The notes: generated by a model not told the origin, from the letters alone. Shown: positions 21,118 through 31,523, numbered from the stretch's first letter. The stretch: 58,514 bases of DNA from Thermoproteota archaeon (GCA_046728625.1 JBKPEX010000298.1:1-58514), one strand, 5' to 3'. Program-made: numbers and translations.

Positions 21118-22536
21118 TTGGAAATTCTATCTTCTATTAATGAGGATTACATCAAAAAAATAATCCATGAAAAAAAACAACCTGCATGGCTTAATGATAT
21201 AAGAGAAAAGGCATTTGCAAAATATATATCTCTTCCATCAGAGGTTTCTCCCCTTTATACAAAATATTCAGATGTTAATCAGCTTAGACCAGATCATATT
21301 CGTATTCATGACCGATCAATACCATCTGAACCTTATGAAGATCTTAAAAATAGACTGAGTGAACTAGAGAATGGAACAAGTGTCTTGTACATCGGATCTT
21401 CTATAAATCGATTGTTTATTGCTGACAACTTATCAAAACAAGGAGTAATCATTTCGGATATCAACGAAGCCATGAAAGAGCATGAGGATCTTTTAAAAAA
21501 ACGATTAACTATAACAAACCAGCTTAATTATGGAGAAGACAAATTCCTCGCATTGACAGGATCAGCCTATCAATCTGGTATTTTTATCTACATACCCAAA
21601 AATACAATAATCACAGATCCTATTCGAATCATTAGCTCATTGGCAGATGATGGAACTTCCTCAATAGCACGAAACGTCATTGTGGCTGATGTTGGTTCAA
21701 GCGCAAATATAGTTCAAGAGATATATTCACCACAGACAACGGACATGGAACACCAACAGGCGTATTTTGAGTTGCTGGAATGCCATGTCGATCAAAATGC
21801 TCATCTAGAAATGGTAACCTTGCAGGCAATGAGCGAACAAAATATTAATTTCTCAAACAGGAAGGCTTTTGTAGAAAATGATGGAAAGATATCTTGGTAC
21901 CTTGGAATGTTTGGTTCTCAATTATCCAGGTATAAAATAGATAGCATTATGAAAGGACCGGGATCATCAGCAGAAGATGTTGAAATTATTTTCGGAATTG
22001 GAAAACAGGCATTCGACATAACTTCTAACTTAATTCATATAGGTCATAATTCAAGAGGAAGGGTGATGGCTAAATCTGTTATGAAAGATGCTTCAAAATC
22101 CCTATTCAAAGGTATGATTAAAATCGGAAAGGAAGCCAAGTCGTCAGAATCATATCTTGCGGGACATGCAATTCTACTCGATAGAGGTGCGAAATCAGAT
22201 GCAATCCCGGGACTCGAAATTGAAACCAACGAAGTCAAAGCTACGCATTCTGCATCCGTAGCACAGTTAGATGAAATGCAGATCTTTTATTTAATGTGCA
22301 GAGGATTAAGCAGAGAAGGTGCAAAACGGGAAATAGTAAACGGATTCCTAGAACCATTATCCAGAAAGATGGGGCCGACTATACGAGCATGGATTAATTA
22401 CCTCATTGACAACAAATGGTCTGGCAAGCCCTTGATGCTGAAGGTCGACGAAGCAATGGAACAAATCCTAGAAGTAGAAAAATCCAGATACAGGGAAACA
22501 CAAGACATTTTTGAGAAACACTATAAGTATCGGTAG
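21118..22536 (+). CDS. sufD: Fe-S cluster assembly protein SufD
   Basis: SufB/D-family C-terminal beta-helix with THSASVAQLDEMQIFYLMCRGL. It follows sufB. TTG start. Confidence 0.85.
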   Translation: MEILSSINEDYIKKIIHEKKQPAWLNDIREKAFAKYISLPSEVSPLYTKYSDVNQLRPDHIRIHDRSIPSEPYEDLKNRLSELENGTSVLYIGSSINRLFIADNLSKQGVIISDINEAMKEHEDLLKKRLTITNQLNYGEDKFLALTGSAYQSGIFIYIPKNTIITDPIRIISSLADDGTSSIARNVIVADVGSSANIVQEIYSPQTTDMEHQQAYFELLECHVDQNAHLEMVTLQAMSEQNINFSNRKAFVENDGKISWYLGMFGSQLSRYKIDSIMKGPGSSAEDVEIIFGIGKQAFDITSNLIHIGHNSRGRVMAKSVMKDASKSLFKGMIKIGKEAKSSESYLAGHAILLDRGAKSDAIPGLEIETNEVKATHSASVAQLDEMQIFYLMCRGLSREGAKREIVNGFLEPLSRKMGPTIRAWINYLIDNKWSGKPLMLKVDEAMEQILEVEKSRYRETQDIFEKHYKYR

Positions 22537-22551
22537 TAATGGTGTGGTTTA

Positions 22552-22866
22552 ATGTCTGTATGGACAAAGGTTTGCGACACAAAATCGTTAAAAGAGGGTG
22601 ACCTCCTAGACTTCGACTTTAACGACAAGAAAATCCTGGTACTGAAGATAAAAGATAAAATTTTTGCATTAGACAGAATCTGCACGCACGCATATGCTGA
22701 CTTGTCTACAGGATTCTTAAATGAAGATGAGAAAACCATAACGTGTCCTTTACATATGTCTTCCTTTAACCTACTAAACGGTATGCCTCAAAACCTTCCA
22801 GCGGAGGAACCATTAAAAACTTACGATATTATGATACGAGATAATTTTTTGTACATTTTAATATAA
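22552..22866 (+). CDS. Rieske [2Fe-2S] ferredoxin-like protein
   Basis: CTHAYADL ... CPLHMSSF gives the CxH...CxxH Rieske ligand pattern. 104 aa, 15 nt downstream of sufD. Confidence 0.8.
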   Translation: MSVWTKVCDTKSLKEGDLLDFDFNDKKILVLKIKDKIFALDRICTHAYADLSTGFLNEDEKTITCPLHMSSFNLLNGMPQNLPAEEPLKTYDIMIRDNFLYILI

Positions 22867-23192
22867 GTATAATAGTTGCGTAGTCAATAATTAATATCAA
22901 GCGATCTCAAAAACTAATCACCTTACCACGTTAAGTACATCTCATCATTCCTCTGAATCAGGCTTCTCATCTGTATTTACTGTGTATTCAGGCTTCAGTT
23001 TATGCTATAGGGCGAAAAAGATCATCAACCCTAATTAAGTCGTAGATTGTAGTAGTAACGGGGTTATACCAAATGATACCGAAAGTAAATAGAATTGATA
23101 TAGTATGTATTATTTATTACAATACGCCCCGAAGCCGCTCACAATCGGTATTCACATAAACCTTTTATTAGGAAAATAGGATTCAAGAATGA

Positions 23193-23408
23193 TTGGTAAT
23201 TTTTTGTCCGGAATGTGGGGGAGAGCTAAAGTACGATCCTATTAGTAAGAATTTCATCTGCAAGAGCTGCGGGCTATTTGCGTCAAGAGATAAATTTGAT
23301 GAATTGCGGGATAAAAGAGAAAATCAATTCACTGATAATAGAAAACGGTTACATGATGACTATCTGGATTGGTGGCAGTCATCAAAGAAGGATAAACAAA
23401 AGAAATAA
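23193..23408 (+). CDS. small zinc-ribbon protein
   Basis: CPECGG...x16...CKSCG gives a four-Cys ribbon, followed by a basic/acidic tail. TTG start in the track; 71 aa. Confidence 0.5.
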   Translation: MVIFCPECGGELKYDPISKNFICKSCGLFASRDKFDELRDKRENQFTDNRKRLHDDYLDWWQSSKKDKQKK

Positions 23409-23437
23409 TTACATATAATAATTATGCTTATTAGCGA

Positions 23438-23944
23438 TTATGCAATTGCCGCGTCGGCTTTGCCAGCAATATCTTTCTTCAAAGACACTATTTGTTCTTC
23501 CTTTCTCGTTTTGAGAACAGTCATTAATTCTGTTTCAAGTATGCTAGGCAATTTACGGATCTTGATTTCTACTATATCCCTCATCTCGTAGAGATTCTTC
23601 GCACGAATTTTTAATAATAAATCGAACCTTCCATGCATTTCATGAATCTCTAAGACTTCTTCTAAACGCGACAAAGCATTAGTAACATTCTCGGCGGTAC
23701 CAGGGTCTACATTTATTCCCATAAATGCAAGATGATCATAACCAAGTCGATTATTATCAACCGAAATTGTGAATTTGCTTATTATTCCTGATGTAACTAA
23801 TCGTTTAACTCTTATATGTACTGTTGCATCGGATATTCCAATTTGTTTAGCAATTTCAACAAAGGGTGTTGACGAATCAGTACTCAAAAGATCTATTATT
23901 TTGAGGTTCACATCATCTAATAGATCCGAGTCTTCTCGGGACAC
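23438..23944 (-). CDS. Lrp/AsnC-family transcriptional regulator
   Basis: N-terminal HTH (LDDVNLKIIDLLSTDSSTPFVEIAKQIGISDATVHIRVKRL) and a C-terminal RAM/ACT-like domain. Confidence 0.85.
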   Translation of the reverse strand: MSREDSDLLDDVNLKIIDLLSTDSSTPFVEIAKQIGISDATVHIRVKRLVTSGIISKFTISVDNNRLGYDHLAFMGINVDPGTAENVTNALSRLEEVLEIHEMHGRFDLLLKIRAKNLYEMRDIVEIKIRKLPSILETELMTVLKTRKEEQIVSLKKDIAGKADAAIA

Positions 23945-24121
23945 GTATAAACATATACAAATGATACATAAATGCCTTTGTCGCGTATTTTCTATAATAT
24001 CATCACGGGATTATAGTAATGGTTTGTTTTAGGAAGTTTATTGTATTATGGAGCCTGTTAATGTAAGTTAAGTATCATTATGAAATTGCTTCAACAAGGA
24101 ATAATAATGCAGATAGCTTAA

Positions 24122-25096
24122 TTGTTGTCATTGCTACGACAGATATGTAATAAATGTCATAATACTTTGAGTATATATCATCGAGCCTATTCAGGAGAGT
24201 ACTTGTGCAGAAATTGTTTTCTACGATCCATAGAGGAAAAGGCCTCAAAAACTATGAATAAATATTCTATGCTCAAACATGATGATAAACTAGCCATAGG
24301 AGTATCTGGAGGAAAAGACAGTTTGTCACTATTGTACGTCCTGAAAAAATTTTTGGATCGCCACGGTTGGCAGGCTCCTATCGCCGTGACAATAGATGAA
24401 GGAGTAAAAGGATATCGTGATGAATCATTGGAGATAGTAAAAAGCTTTTGCTCAAATCTAAAAATTAAGAATGTGATCATTAGTTATCGGCAATTGTTTG
24501 GAGTCGATATCGATGAAGCCGTAATTAGGAGACCTACCAAAAAAATGTCATCATGTTCTATGTGCGGTACTTTTCGTAGAAGGGCAATGGATCTAGCAGC
24601 AGAATCTTTGGGAGCTAATGTTATAGCAACAGCGCATAACCTTGATGATCAATTACAAACTTTTATGATCAACATGTTTGCTGGTGATACAGAAAGAATA
24701 GGATGGATTTATCCAGAATCTGTAAGCTACAGCCGAAATGGCATAAAAAAAATTAAACCCTTTATCGAAATCTATGAGTTGGAGATTGCATTCTATGCCT
24801 TGCAGCGACAGATTCCGTTCCAGTCTGAGGAATGTCCCTACATGAATGAAAGTATTAGGACTGATATACGGAGGTTCATCAATCATTTGGAAAAGAGTCG
24901 TCCAGGTATCAAGTACAATGCCTACAATTCTATGATGAAAATATCGAAAGATTTACGTTCTTTATCAACTCATATTGATGAGAACAATTGTTCAATATGC
25001 GGACGATTATCCAGTAACGAAGTTTGCTCAGTTTGTAAAACCCAGAAAACTTTAGCAGATACAATTCTGTCTGAGGCTTTTTCATATGACTTGTAA
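24122..25096 (+). CDS. PP-loop ATPase, tRNA 2-thiolation enzyme (TtuA/Ncs6 family)
   Basis: N-terminal CxxC...CxxC finger, PP-loop GVSGGKDS, cluster-ligand-like CSMCG...ECPY, and a C-terminal CSICG...CSVC finger. Confidence 0.75.
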   Translation: MLSLLRQICNKCHNTLSIYHRAYSGEYLCRNCFLRSIEEKASKTMNKYSMLKHDDKLAIGVSGGKDSLSLLYVLKKFLDRHGWQAPIAVTIDEGVKGYRDESLEIVKSFCSNLKIKNVIISYRQLFGVDIDEAVIRRPTKKMSSCSMCGTFRRRAMDLAAESLGANVIATAHNLDDQLQTFMINMFAGDTERIGWIYPESVSYSRNGIKKIKPFIEIYELEIAFYALQRQIPFQSEECPYMNESIRTDIRRFINHLEKSRPGIKYNAYNSMMKISKDLRSLSTHIDENNCSICGRLSSNEVCSVCKTQKTLADTILSEAFSYDL

Positions 25097-25245
25097 TCGC
25101 ATTTTCTCATGGGCTCAATCGTGAGTCTCGGTACGAGATACATATCACCACATCTAAATAGCTCCAACAGTTGTATACCATTCAAAAAAAATTTCATTAG
25201 AATCTATGAGATACGCAAATATAATGAGTATGTCTATAAAAGTAC

Positions 25246-25561
25246 GGAGGCAGGGAGGATCGGGGAGCCAGCCGTACCCCATACTAGAAATCGGCTCATG
25301 CTGGGATCAGTAACTGCTGGGTAAAACTATAAGCACATTGTACTTGCTAGTCTTGCTTTAATGAGATCACGCCGTGTCGGATGGATATGAACGGCATGCC
25401 ACATGAAGGTGTGGTAATGACCATGTAAACCGCCGAAATGGGTGAGGTCCGGGAGGGAGCAATCCTAAGGCGGCATAATCATGCTGGCACGTCTACGTGG
25501 TGGATATTGCACGACTTGAGATGAGGTAATGTATTTATAGTGGTACCAGCAGGCTGCCTCC
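25246..25561 (+). ncRNA. signal recognition particle RNA (archaeal 7S RNA)
   Basis: A locally GC-rich ~316-nt segment. GUGAGGUCCGGGAGGGAGCAAUCCUAAGGCGG (25441-25472) matches the universally conserved SRP helix-8 motif (compare 4.5S GGUCCGGAAGGAAGCAGCCAAGGCAG). The 5' GGAGGCAG (25246-25253) is complementary to the 3' CUGCCUCC (25554-25561). Ends are approximate to within a few nt. Confidence 0.8.
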
Positions 25562-25709
25562 ATACCTTCTAGCATATTTCGACTAATTATAGAAGATAGA
25601 ATAAAGGAAACTAGTATCTGGAAAAGAATCTTGCATGAATTAATATAATTGGAAGTCATTCGATTAGTAAATGTAGAAACAGGTATCAGATAATCGAGTT
25701 ATATTTCAA

Positions 25710-26714
25710 TTAAAGCCAATGATGAATTTTAAGAAAATCATCTATGGGTTCTTTTTTTATCAACTTTATTAAAGCATGGGCCTGCGGAACAGAGAGGACG
25801 GTTGATCTGAATTCATCGTCTATAGCTATTCTTGGACATGCGACTTGTATAAAAACTTCAATTCTTCTAAAAACTCGCAGCCGATCATCGTTTATGTCAG
25901 TTAATGCGATCAATTGCACCTTTCTGCCTAACTGTTCAAAAGATTTTTTCAGCCTCAATGCTTGGATTTTAGCAAATTGTCCTTCTCTAAGACCAATGAT
26001 TATGCCCAGTTTGTGTGCGTCTAATGCTTTGTAAATTGACAGTATAGCTTTCTTCTTTAGATGCAACGCTATTTCATTTACTTCAGAATATTCTTCAGAA
26101 TATGGATCCAACATATAAGTCGGTTTTTCGGTGGACATTGCAATGCTTGCTGAGTGAAACGGACTCTGACCAAGAAAGATATACGCATCTACTATAGTAT
26201 GACTATCATGCGCAGGATAGAATTCACATCCAAATACCTGTGAGTCGTTTAGCTGGCCTTTTCCTTTGCCGATAACGACCCTATAATCATATTGTTCAAA
26301 AATCTCTTTTACAGACGGTATCTGGTTCAGGTGTTGGCTGTCTGTCAGCAATGAAACTGATTTGTACCCCATAGATTTCAATTCTATTGCACATTTTCTT
26401 GCAATATCGTTGAAAGTTATATCATCAAAGGCATTAATCATAACAGTCTTACTACCAAATGATTCCATTGCTATTGTATGACCTATGTTGAATAAAATGT
26501 CCGCACCCAAGAGATCAGCTGCGTGCTGGTTTATATCACAGGATCCCCATGATGTATCCCCGATTACATATGCCGTAATACCGAATCTTTCGGTAATATT
26601 ATCCGCTGTGTCTTGAATCTTGGGTAAAAGACCTTCAGGTCCATTAAGTGCAATCGTAGTAGGTTGTCTTTCATGAATTATCTCAAATATTCTCTTTTCG
26701 TCTATCGACATCAT
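25710..26714 (-). CDS. dph2: 2-(3-amino-3-carboxypropyl)histidine synthase (diphthamide synthesis, Dph2)
   Basis: 334 aa with a three-domain Dph2-like repeat pattern (IALNGPEGLLPK..., YVIGDTSWGSCD, ...QVACPRIAIDD). Confidence 0.75.
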   Translation of the reverse strand: MMSIDEKRIFEIIHERQPTTIALNGPEGLLPKIQDTADNITERFGITAYVIGDTSWGSCDINQHAADLLGADILFNIGHTIAMESFGSKTVMINAFDDITFNDIARKCAIELKSMGYKSVSLLTDSQHLNQIPSVKEIFEQYDYRVVIGKGKGQLNDSQVFGCEFYPAHDSHTIVDAYIFLGQSPFHSASIAMSTEKPTYMLDPYSEEYSEVNEIALHLKKKAILSIYKALDAHKLGIIIGLREGQFAKIQALRLKKSFEQLGRKVQLIALTDINDDRLRVFRRIEVFIQVACPRIAIDDEFRSTVLSVPQAHALIKLIKKEPIDDFLKIHHWL

Positions 26715-26871
26715 CTTTTGTTTACCTTATGTGATTTTGGGCATGTATATATGTTATAACCACATATATAATATCGTAAACATTATGAACATTCTATCTG
26801 CAACCAAGACTAAATGGCATTCTGTTTACAGTCTTATAATTATCTAGATATTGCAACCAACGTGAGTTTTA

Positions 26872-29562
26872 CTATTCAATTTTGATGGAGTATGAATTGC
26901 TGTAAATATGTGGTAATTTATTATCTATTCTGTCTTTAAAGTTGACAAGGATTTGGTCATGGACAGGATCAAGAGTTATGAGTATTCTATCCCTTTTCTC
27001 ATTGTTTTCCACGCTGTTTAGACTGTATTCAAGTTTCAATGGCTTACAATTATTTTTCAGAGAATCAGGTATCTTAGGCTCAAAGCAGATCTTATTTTCT
27101 ATTAGATTTATCTTCATTCCAAGTATCATTTCACGAATTGCATGTACATACGTTCCTACAGACCAAGCTTGAAGTATACATGAATTAAATGGCTCAGGAC
27201 GGTCTCCTCTGTATGTTTCAGCATACATCCCATTCTCAGACAAGATTCTGTCAGCCATAGATTCTAAGTAATGTAGTGCTTCATTCGTTCTGTTAAATTT
27301 GCTCTCACATATGGCCATCCATCCTGTAACGAGAGGCCAGACAGCGCCATCGTGATAAAGTGTGGGATGATACTTGGGATCCAAAGCGCTCAAAGTTCTG
27401 ACCCCCCAGGGCGTGCTCATATCTTCCCTTTCTAATCGGGAAAGTACCGATTGGGCCCTTGTCTCGCTGCTTACTGCATCAGTGAGCAGAAGTACTAGAG
27501 CATTCGGCCTTATGCTCGAATCTTTTGAGCCGTCCTTCCTAATGGTATCAAAATAGAATTTCGAATCTTCATTCCAGTATTCTAATTCAATTTTATTTTT
27601 CAAGCTTATAGATTCCCTTAGCCATCTTTCTCCATTGTACCGATCTCCTACCAATTCTGCCAATTCAACTCCAATTTTCAAGCTCTCATAGAATAATGCT
27701 TGTATATCGTTTGCACTTTTTCTCCGGTCTATGTGATCCATCCAAGTAGAGTCTTGGATGGGCAATTTTTCGGCCATTCCCGTGAATCCATTTTCAATCA
27801 ACCCATCGTTATCTATGTCCTTTGAAAATCCGTAATTGATTAGATCGATAATATCCTGCCACCTATCCTTTAGGAAGTTTATGTTCCCAGTCGATAATAC
27901 ATACTCACGTATTGCCCACGGAAAAAGAAAGGTGGAATCTGCAGAACCATAAGTAGTACTATGAAGGAAGGACTTGCCGCTTATTATCATGGGCAGTTCA
28001 CCCTTAGTAGCATATTTTGAACTCTTTTTGGCTTGATGGCTAAGAAAATTATGGATAACAGGAAGGACAAATTGGTAGTCGCCTATTGCTAGATATCCTC
28101 TCAAAGACCAACCTGTATCTCTGGCCCAATAATTAGGGAATCTGGGTAGACCTGCACAAATTCCTACTCCAAGTTCATCGTACTCCGCTTTTAGGTATTC
28201 TAGACTCGTCTTAGCTTTTTCAAAGGCCCGTAGTAATTTTATCATTGTAGAGTTTTGAATTGTATCTGCAGTGGTAGTTATGCGCAATGTTGAAGAAGCC
28301 ATACTCTCAAAATGAGTCTTAGTATCTTCTAAAAGATAATTATAATTGTCTCTTAGGAATCTATATTCTTGTAAGCAATCTTCTGGACTACTAAAGCTAC
28401 CAGCAGCCACCAATGCAATCTCAGAAGCTTTGTTTGATTGGATTTGAACATTGTAAGACAATTCAAGATCATTATCGAAGGAGTCCATCAAAACTTTGTA
28501 CGGTCTTTGTGTCTTTGGTGAGACTCCGATTGTCCCATAATAATGCGCTAGGCCATTCTTTGCTGCTGTCTGAATCTGGATACAATTATCAGTTTTAATC
28601 ATTTTAGAAAAGTTACTTTGAGAAATGGCCGCTAGCCCGTAACTGGTGATATTGCTGTCGATTAAAAAATGCAATCGAATCTTCCTTTGCATCTTACCAA
28701 TTTTTCTTGTACTAACATTTAGATCCTGGAAATGACTGTCTCTATCGGATATCTCCAATTTCATGATCAGACCTTTATGGTCAGTTGGTACAGATAATGT
28801 CCTTTTTACTTGCAAGCCTGATACTTCATGTCTAGTATACAAAATGCCATTTTCGTGTCTAGAAGAGACTACAAAGTTCGGAAGCCTTTTTCTTACCCCG
28901 TCATCTGCAGAGACTTCAACTATTATTCTTCCAAAAGCCCTTGCTGGTGGAACATATAAACCGCCATTATCATATCTGGCTCCCATCCAACTCCAATTAG
29001 CAGATATAGAGGCATTAGATGAACACACTATGTAGGCTTTTTTGCCAGAAAGTATTAATGGAGTAGTAAAATTCTTAAAAAGAGTGTGGTCGCTAGACTC
29101 GTCAGGTTCCAAATCGCCTCCTGTGTCTTTGGGAATAATTATGTGCTCTTTACCTTCTCCAACATAATCGTAAAAAGTAAAAGGGATGATTATCTGTTCG
29201 AATCCTTCCAGTTTACTTAAGATAATGACTTTATGCTTCTTTTTACCTTCTAGTATATGTTCGCTTACTATTAGAAATCTCGCGCTTTGAAACGGTTTGA
29301 ATGTCAATGGCCTCTGCTCAGATAATGTAGACGCATTGACCACGTCGTCTGAGGTTGCAATATAAATTGACTTTTTCAAAATTGGAATTTCGTCTACAAA
29401 GATATCTAGAGATATAACATTTCCTCCAAGAGGGACTGGAGGATTTAGAAGTGAAAAAATAAATCCTTGTTGTTTATCGTTGCTGTTTATAATTGTCGTG
29501 TTCTTTAAACTTCCTTCAATGTATGACAGTCGGGTGTGTATTTTATCAAGCGTTCTGGCCAT
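26872..29562 (-). CDS. amylo-alpha-1,6-glucosidase / glycogen-debranching-enzyme-like protein with a long N-terminal region
   Basis: The C-terminal ~430 aa carry GDE_C-type (alpha/alpha)6-barrel motifs (GLPRFPNYWARDTGWSLRGYL, DGLIENG, WMD, LYHDGAVWP). The N-terminal ~450 aa are unassigned. Confidence 0.75.
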   Translation of the reverse strand: MARTLDKIHTRLSYIEGSLKNTTIINSNDKQQGFIFSLLNPPVPLGGNVISLDIFVDEIPILKKSIYIATSDDVVNASTLSEQRPLTFKPFQSARFLIVSEHILEGKKKHKVIILSKLEGFEQIIIPFTFYDYVGEGKEHIIIPKDTGGDLEPDESSDHTLFKNFTTPLILSGKKAYIVCSSNASISANWSWMGARYDNGGLYVPPARAFGRIIVEVSADDGVRKRLPNFVVSSRHENGILYTRHEVSGLQVKRTLSVPTDHKGLIMKLEISDRDSHFQDLNVSTRKIGKMQRKIRLHFLIDSNITSYGLAAISQSNFSKMIKTDNCIQIQTAAKNGLAHYYGTIGVSPKTQRPYKVLMDSFDNDLELSYNVQIQSNKASEIALVAAGSFSSPEDCLQEYRFLRDNYNYLLEDTKTHFESMASSTLRITTTADTIQNSTMIKLLRAFEKAKTSLEYLKAEYDELGVGICAGLPRFPNYWARDTGWSLRGYLAIGDYQFVLPVIHNFLSHQAKKSSKYATKGELPMIISGKSFLHSTTYGSADSTFLFPWAIREYVLSTGNINFLKDRWQDIIDLINYGFSKDIDNDGLIENGFTGMAEKLPIQDSTWMDHIDRRKSANDIQALFYESLKIGVELAELVGDRYNGERWLRESISLKNKIELEYWNEDSKFYFDTIRKDGSKDSSIRPNALVLLLTDAVSSETRAQSVLSRLEREDMSTPWGVRTLSALDPKYHPTLYHDGAVWPLVTGWMAICESKFNRTNEALHYLESMADRILSENGMYAETYRGDRPEPFNSCILQAWSVGTYVHAIREMILGMKINLIENKICFEPKIPDSLKNNCKPLKLEYSLNSVENNEKRDRILITLDPVHDQILVNFKDRIDNKLPHIYSNSYSIKIE

Positions 29563-29983
29563 TATTTATTTTAGACCTACGATCCCAAATTTATTTCAGC
29601 ACATACAAATGGATTTATTAAATACTAAAATATGGTATGTAGGTTGGATAAGATTTTCGGCTGATGAAACATTGCATGGACAAATAATAAACATCACAAG
29701 ACATATCTTAGGCTTCAATACATTGACACCGCACGTTATGCATATTATACTTTAAGTCAAGATATATTGGGCGTTTAGCAAATTAATAGAATAAAGGAAC
29801 GAAATTGAATGCTATTTACTTTCAGTATAAGATACAATTAGAAATGTAAACACATAACCAATGGACTAAATACAATAGCTTCGAGGGAATATTTATCACC
29901 CAAAGTTAATCTAGAGGATTAAAACACCACCTTTTAGAGTAGAACGTTTGACGTTTTTATACCATAAAGATGCATGCCTACCA

Positions 29984-30850
29984 ATGGCGACTCTGGGCAC
30001 TGTTTGCATTGGAAAAGATTTTTCAGTTAAGATAATGGGAATTATTAACTTAAGCCCTGAATCATTTTACAAGCCTTCAGTGTTCAGGACAGCCAAAGAG
30101 ATTTCTAATGCGGCGAAAGATTTGGAGAGAAACGGAGCCAACATTATTGATCTAGGCGGAATGTCCACTGCACCGTACCTTGAAACTATTATCCCTGTTG
30201 AAAAAGAAAGAAAAAGGATTAAGGAAGCCATAAGCTTAGTAAAGAATAGCTGCAGTTTACCGATTTCAGTTGATACACCACGCTCTACGGTGGCTAAGCA
30301 GGCTATAGACTCAGGTGCAGACGCTATAAATGATATAACTGGTCTAAAATATGACAAAAACATGGCTAACGTTGTATCAGAATCAAATTTACCTGTAATC
30401 ATAGGTGCATGTCACAACGGCAGTAAGAATGTCTTGTCTCCTACCTCGGGTAATATTTCGGATAGGATTAACGCTTTAGAGGAAAGTTTGATTATAGCAA
30501 AAAAGGCAAAAATTGCGGAGAATAATATAATAGTTGATCCATCTATAGGTTTTTTTAGATACGAGGGTAGTAATCCATTTTTCTCGCATATAAAAAAATT
30601 TCCATGGTACGCTTTGGATCTAGAAGTCATTGCAAGATTAGCAAGGCTTAAAACGCTGTCAAAACCGATCTGCGTATCTGTATCTAGAAAATCGTTCATA
30701 GGAAATTTACTAAACTTAAGGACAGAAGAACGGCTTATCCCATCACTTGTTGCTGAATTAACATGCATAAACAACGGTGCAAACATAGTGAGAACTCATG
30801 ATGTTAAAGAAGCCTCACAGGCTGTCATCATGTCTGAACTCTTTCGTTAA
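29984..30850 (+). CDS. folP: dihydropteroate synthase-type pterin-binding protein
   Basis: IMGIINLSPESFY, DLGGMSTAPY, SVDT, INDITG, DPSIGF, SVSRKSFIG and RTHDV follow the DHPS motif order. I prefer the ATG at 29984 over the TTG at 29948. Confidence 0.8.
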   Translation: MATLGTVCIGKDFSVKIMGIINLSPESFYKPSVFRTAKEISNAAKDLERNGANIIDLGGMSTAPYLETIIPVEKERKRIKEAISLVKNSCSLPISVDTPRSTVAKQAIDSGADAINDITGLKYDKNMANVVSESNLPVIIGACHNGSKNVLSPTSGNISDRINALEESLIIAKKAKIAENNIIVDPSIGFFRYEGSNPFFSHIKKFPWYALDLEVIARLARLKTLSKPICVSVSRKSFIGNLLNLRTEERLIPSLVAELTCINNGANIVRTHDVKEASQAVIMSELFR

Positions 30851-31238
30851 GTCATCATTCAAAGTAAGAAAGCCAGTTTCAGAATGCCATTTATGTAAAT
30901 TGAATATTATTTTATGATCTTCTTGCTCAGACCACACATGAGCAATTGCGCGTTTCTAAACCATTACTTTCCTTTATAATTCGAGTTCCACTCCTCTTCT
31001 AATCGAATTATCTCTAAATCTCGTGCAGCAGAGCAAAATGCGTTAACAATTCTTATCACAATCATAGGTAATCATGCTCCACTAAGATATTCCTAGTACC
31101 TAATTGCGGACTTGTCGTTGTAACATATAAAATGAAGAATCTATACATATAAGGGTAAATCAGAAAAATAAAAAAATATTACTATAATACTCGACGGTGC
31201 CGTTTTTATTGATTGTCAATATACTCTATTCAAATATC

Positions 31239-31523
31239 ATGAAGCATAGAAGCCGACTGGAAATAATTGCTCTAATTTTAGAAATTGCAAACGGACCTGA
31301 TAACGGCGACGCCAAGGCAACACAACAAAAGATTATGTATAAAGCATATCTGTCATATTCGCATTTAAAAAGCTATCTTTCACTTATGATGGAGAATAAC
31401 TTACTGGAATACTCTGCTGACTCCCGTATTTACAAAACCACAGACAAAGGAGTATATTTCCTTAAAATTTATAGGGACTTGACAGAAGTAGTTGCCATGA
31501 CTAATAACATAATAATAAGATAG
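31239..31523 (+). CDS. small winged-helix DNA-binding protein
   Basis: MKHRSRLEIIALILEIA...QQKIMYKAYLSYSHLKSYLSLMMENNLLEY....YKTTDKGVYFLKIY is the pattern of small archaeal wHTH proteins. The start was chosen at the internal ATG. Confidence 0.55.
   Translation: MKHRSRLEIIALILEIANGPDNGDAKATQQKIMYKAYLSYSHLKSYLSLMMENNLLEYSADSRIYKTTDKGVYFLKIYRDLTEVVAMTNNIIIR

Noticed and set aside
22958-22996. Direct repeat TCAGGCTTC x2 (30-nt period) and box-C-like AAUGAUGAG on the minus strand, in the gap after the Rieske gene.
   Set aside because: No matching D box or terminal stem exists on either strand. The 9-mer repeat alone is weak and could be chance.
25109-25659. Track ORFs 25109..25324 (+) and 25465..25659 (-). 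I also first read ACUAGAAAUCGGCUCA and GAGGUCCGGGAGG as RNase P RNA CR-V and CR-I motifs.
   Set aside because: Both ORFs overlap a structured, GC-rich RNA. The order of the motifs is wrong for RNase P (the CR-I-like motif would be 3' of the CR-V-like one). GGUCCGGGAGGGAGCAAUCCUAAGGCGG is a much better match to SRP helix 8, so I called it SRP RNA.
29480-29755. 91-aa ORF spanning the start of the debranching-enzyme gene and the upstream gap.
   Set aside because: Its first third is antisense to the GDE N-terminus and the rest is AT-rich intergenic sequence. No motifs.
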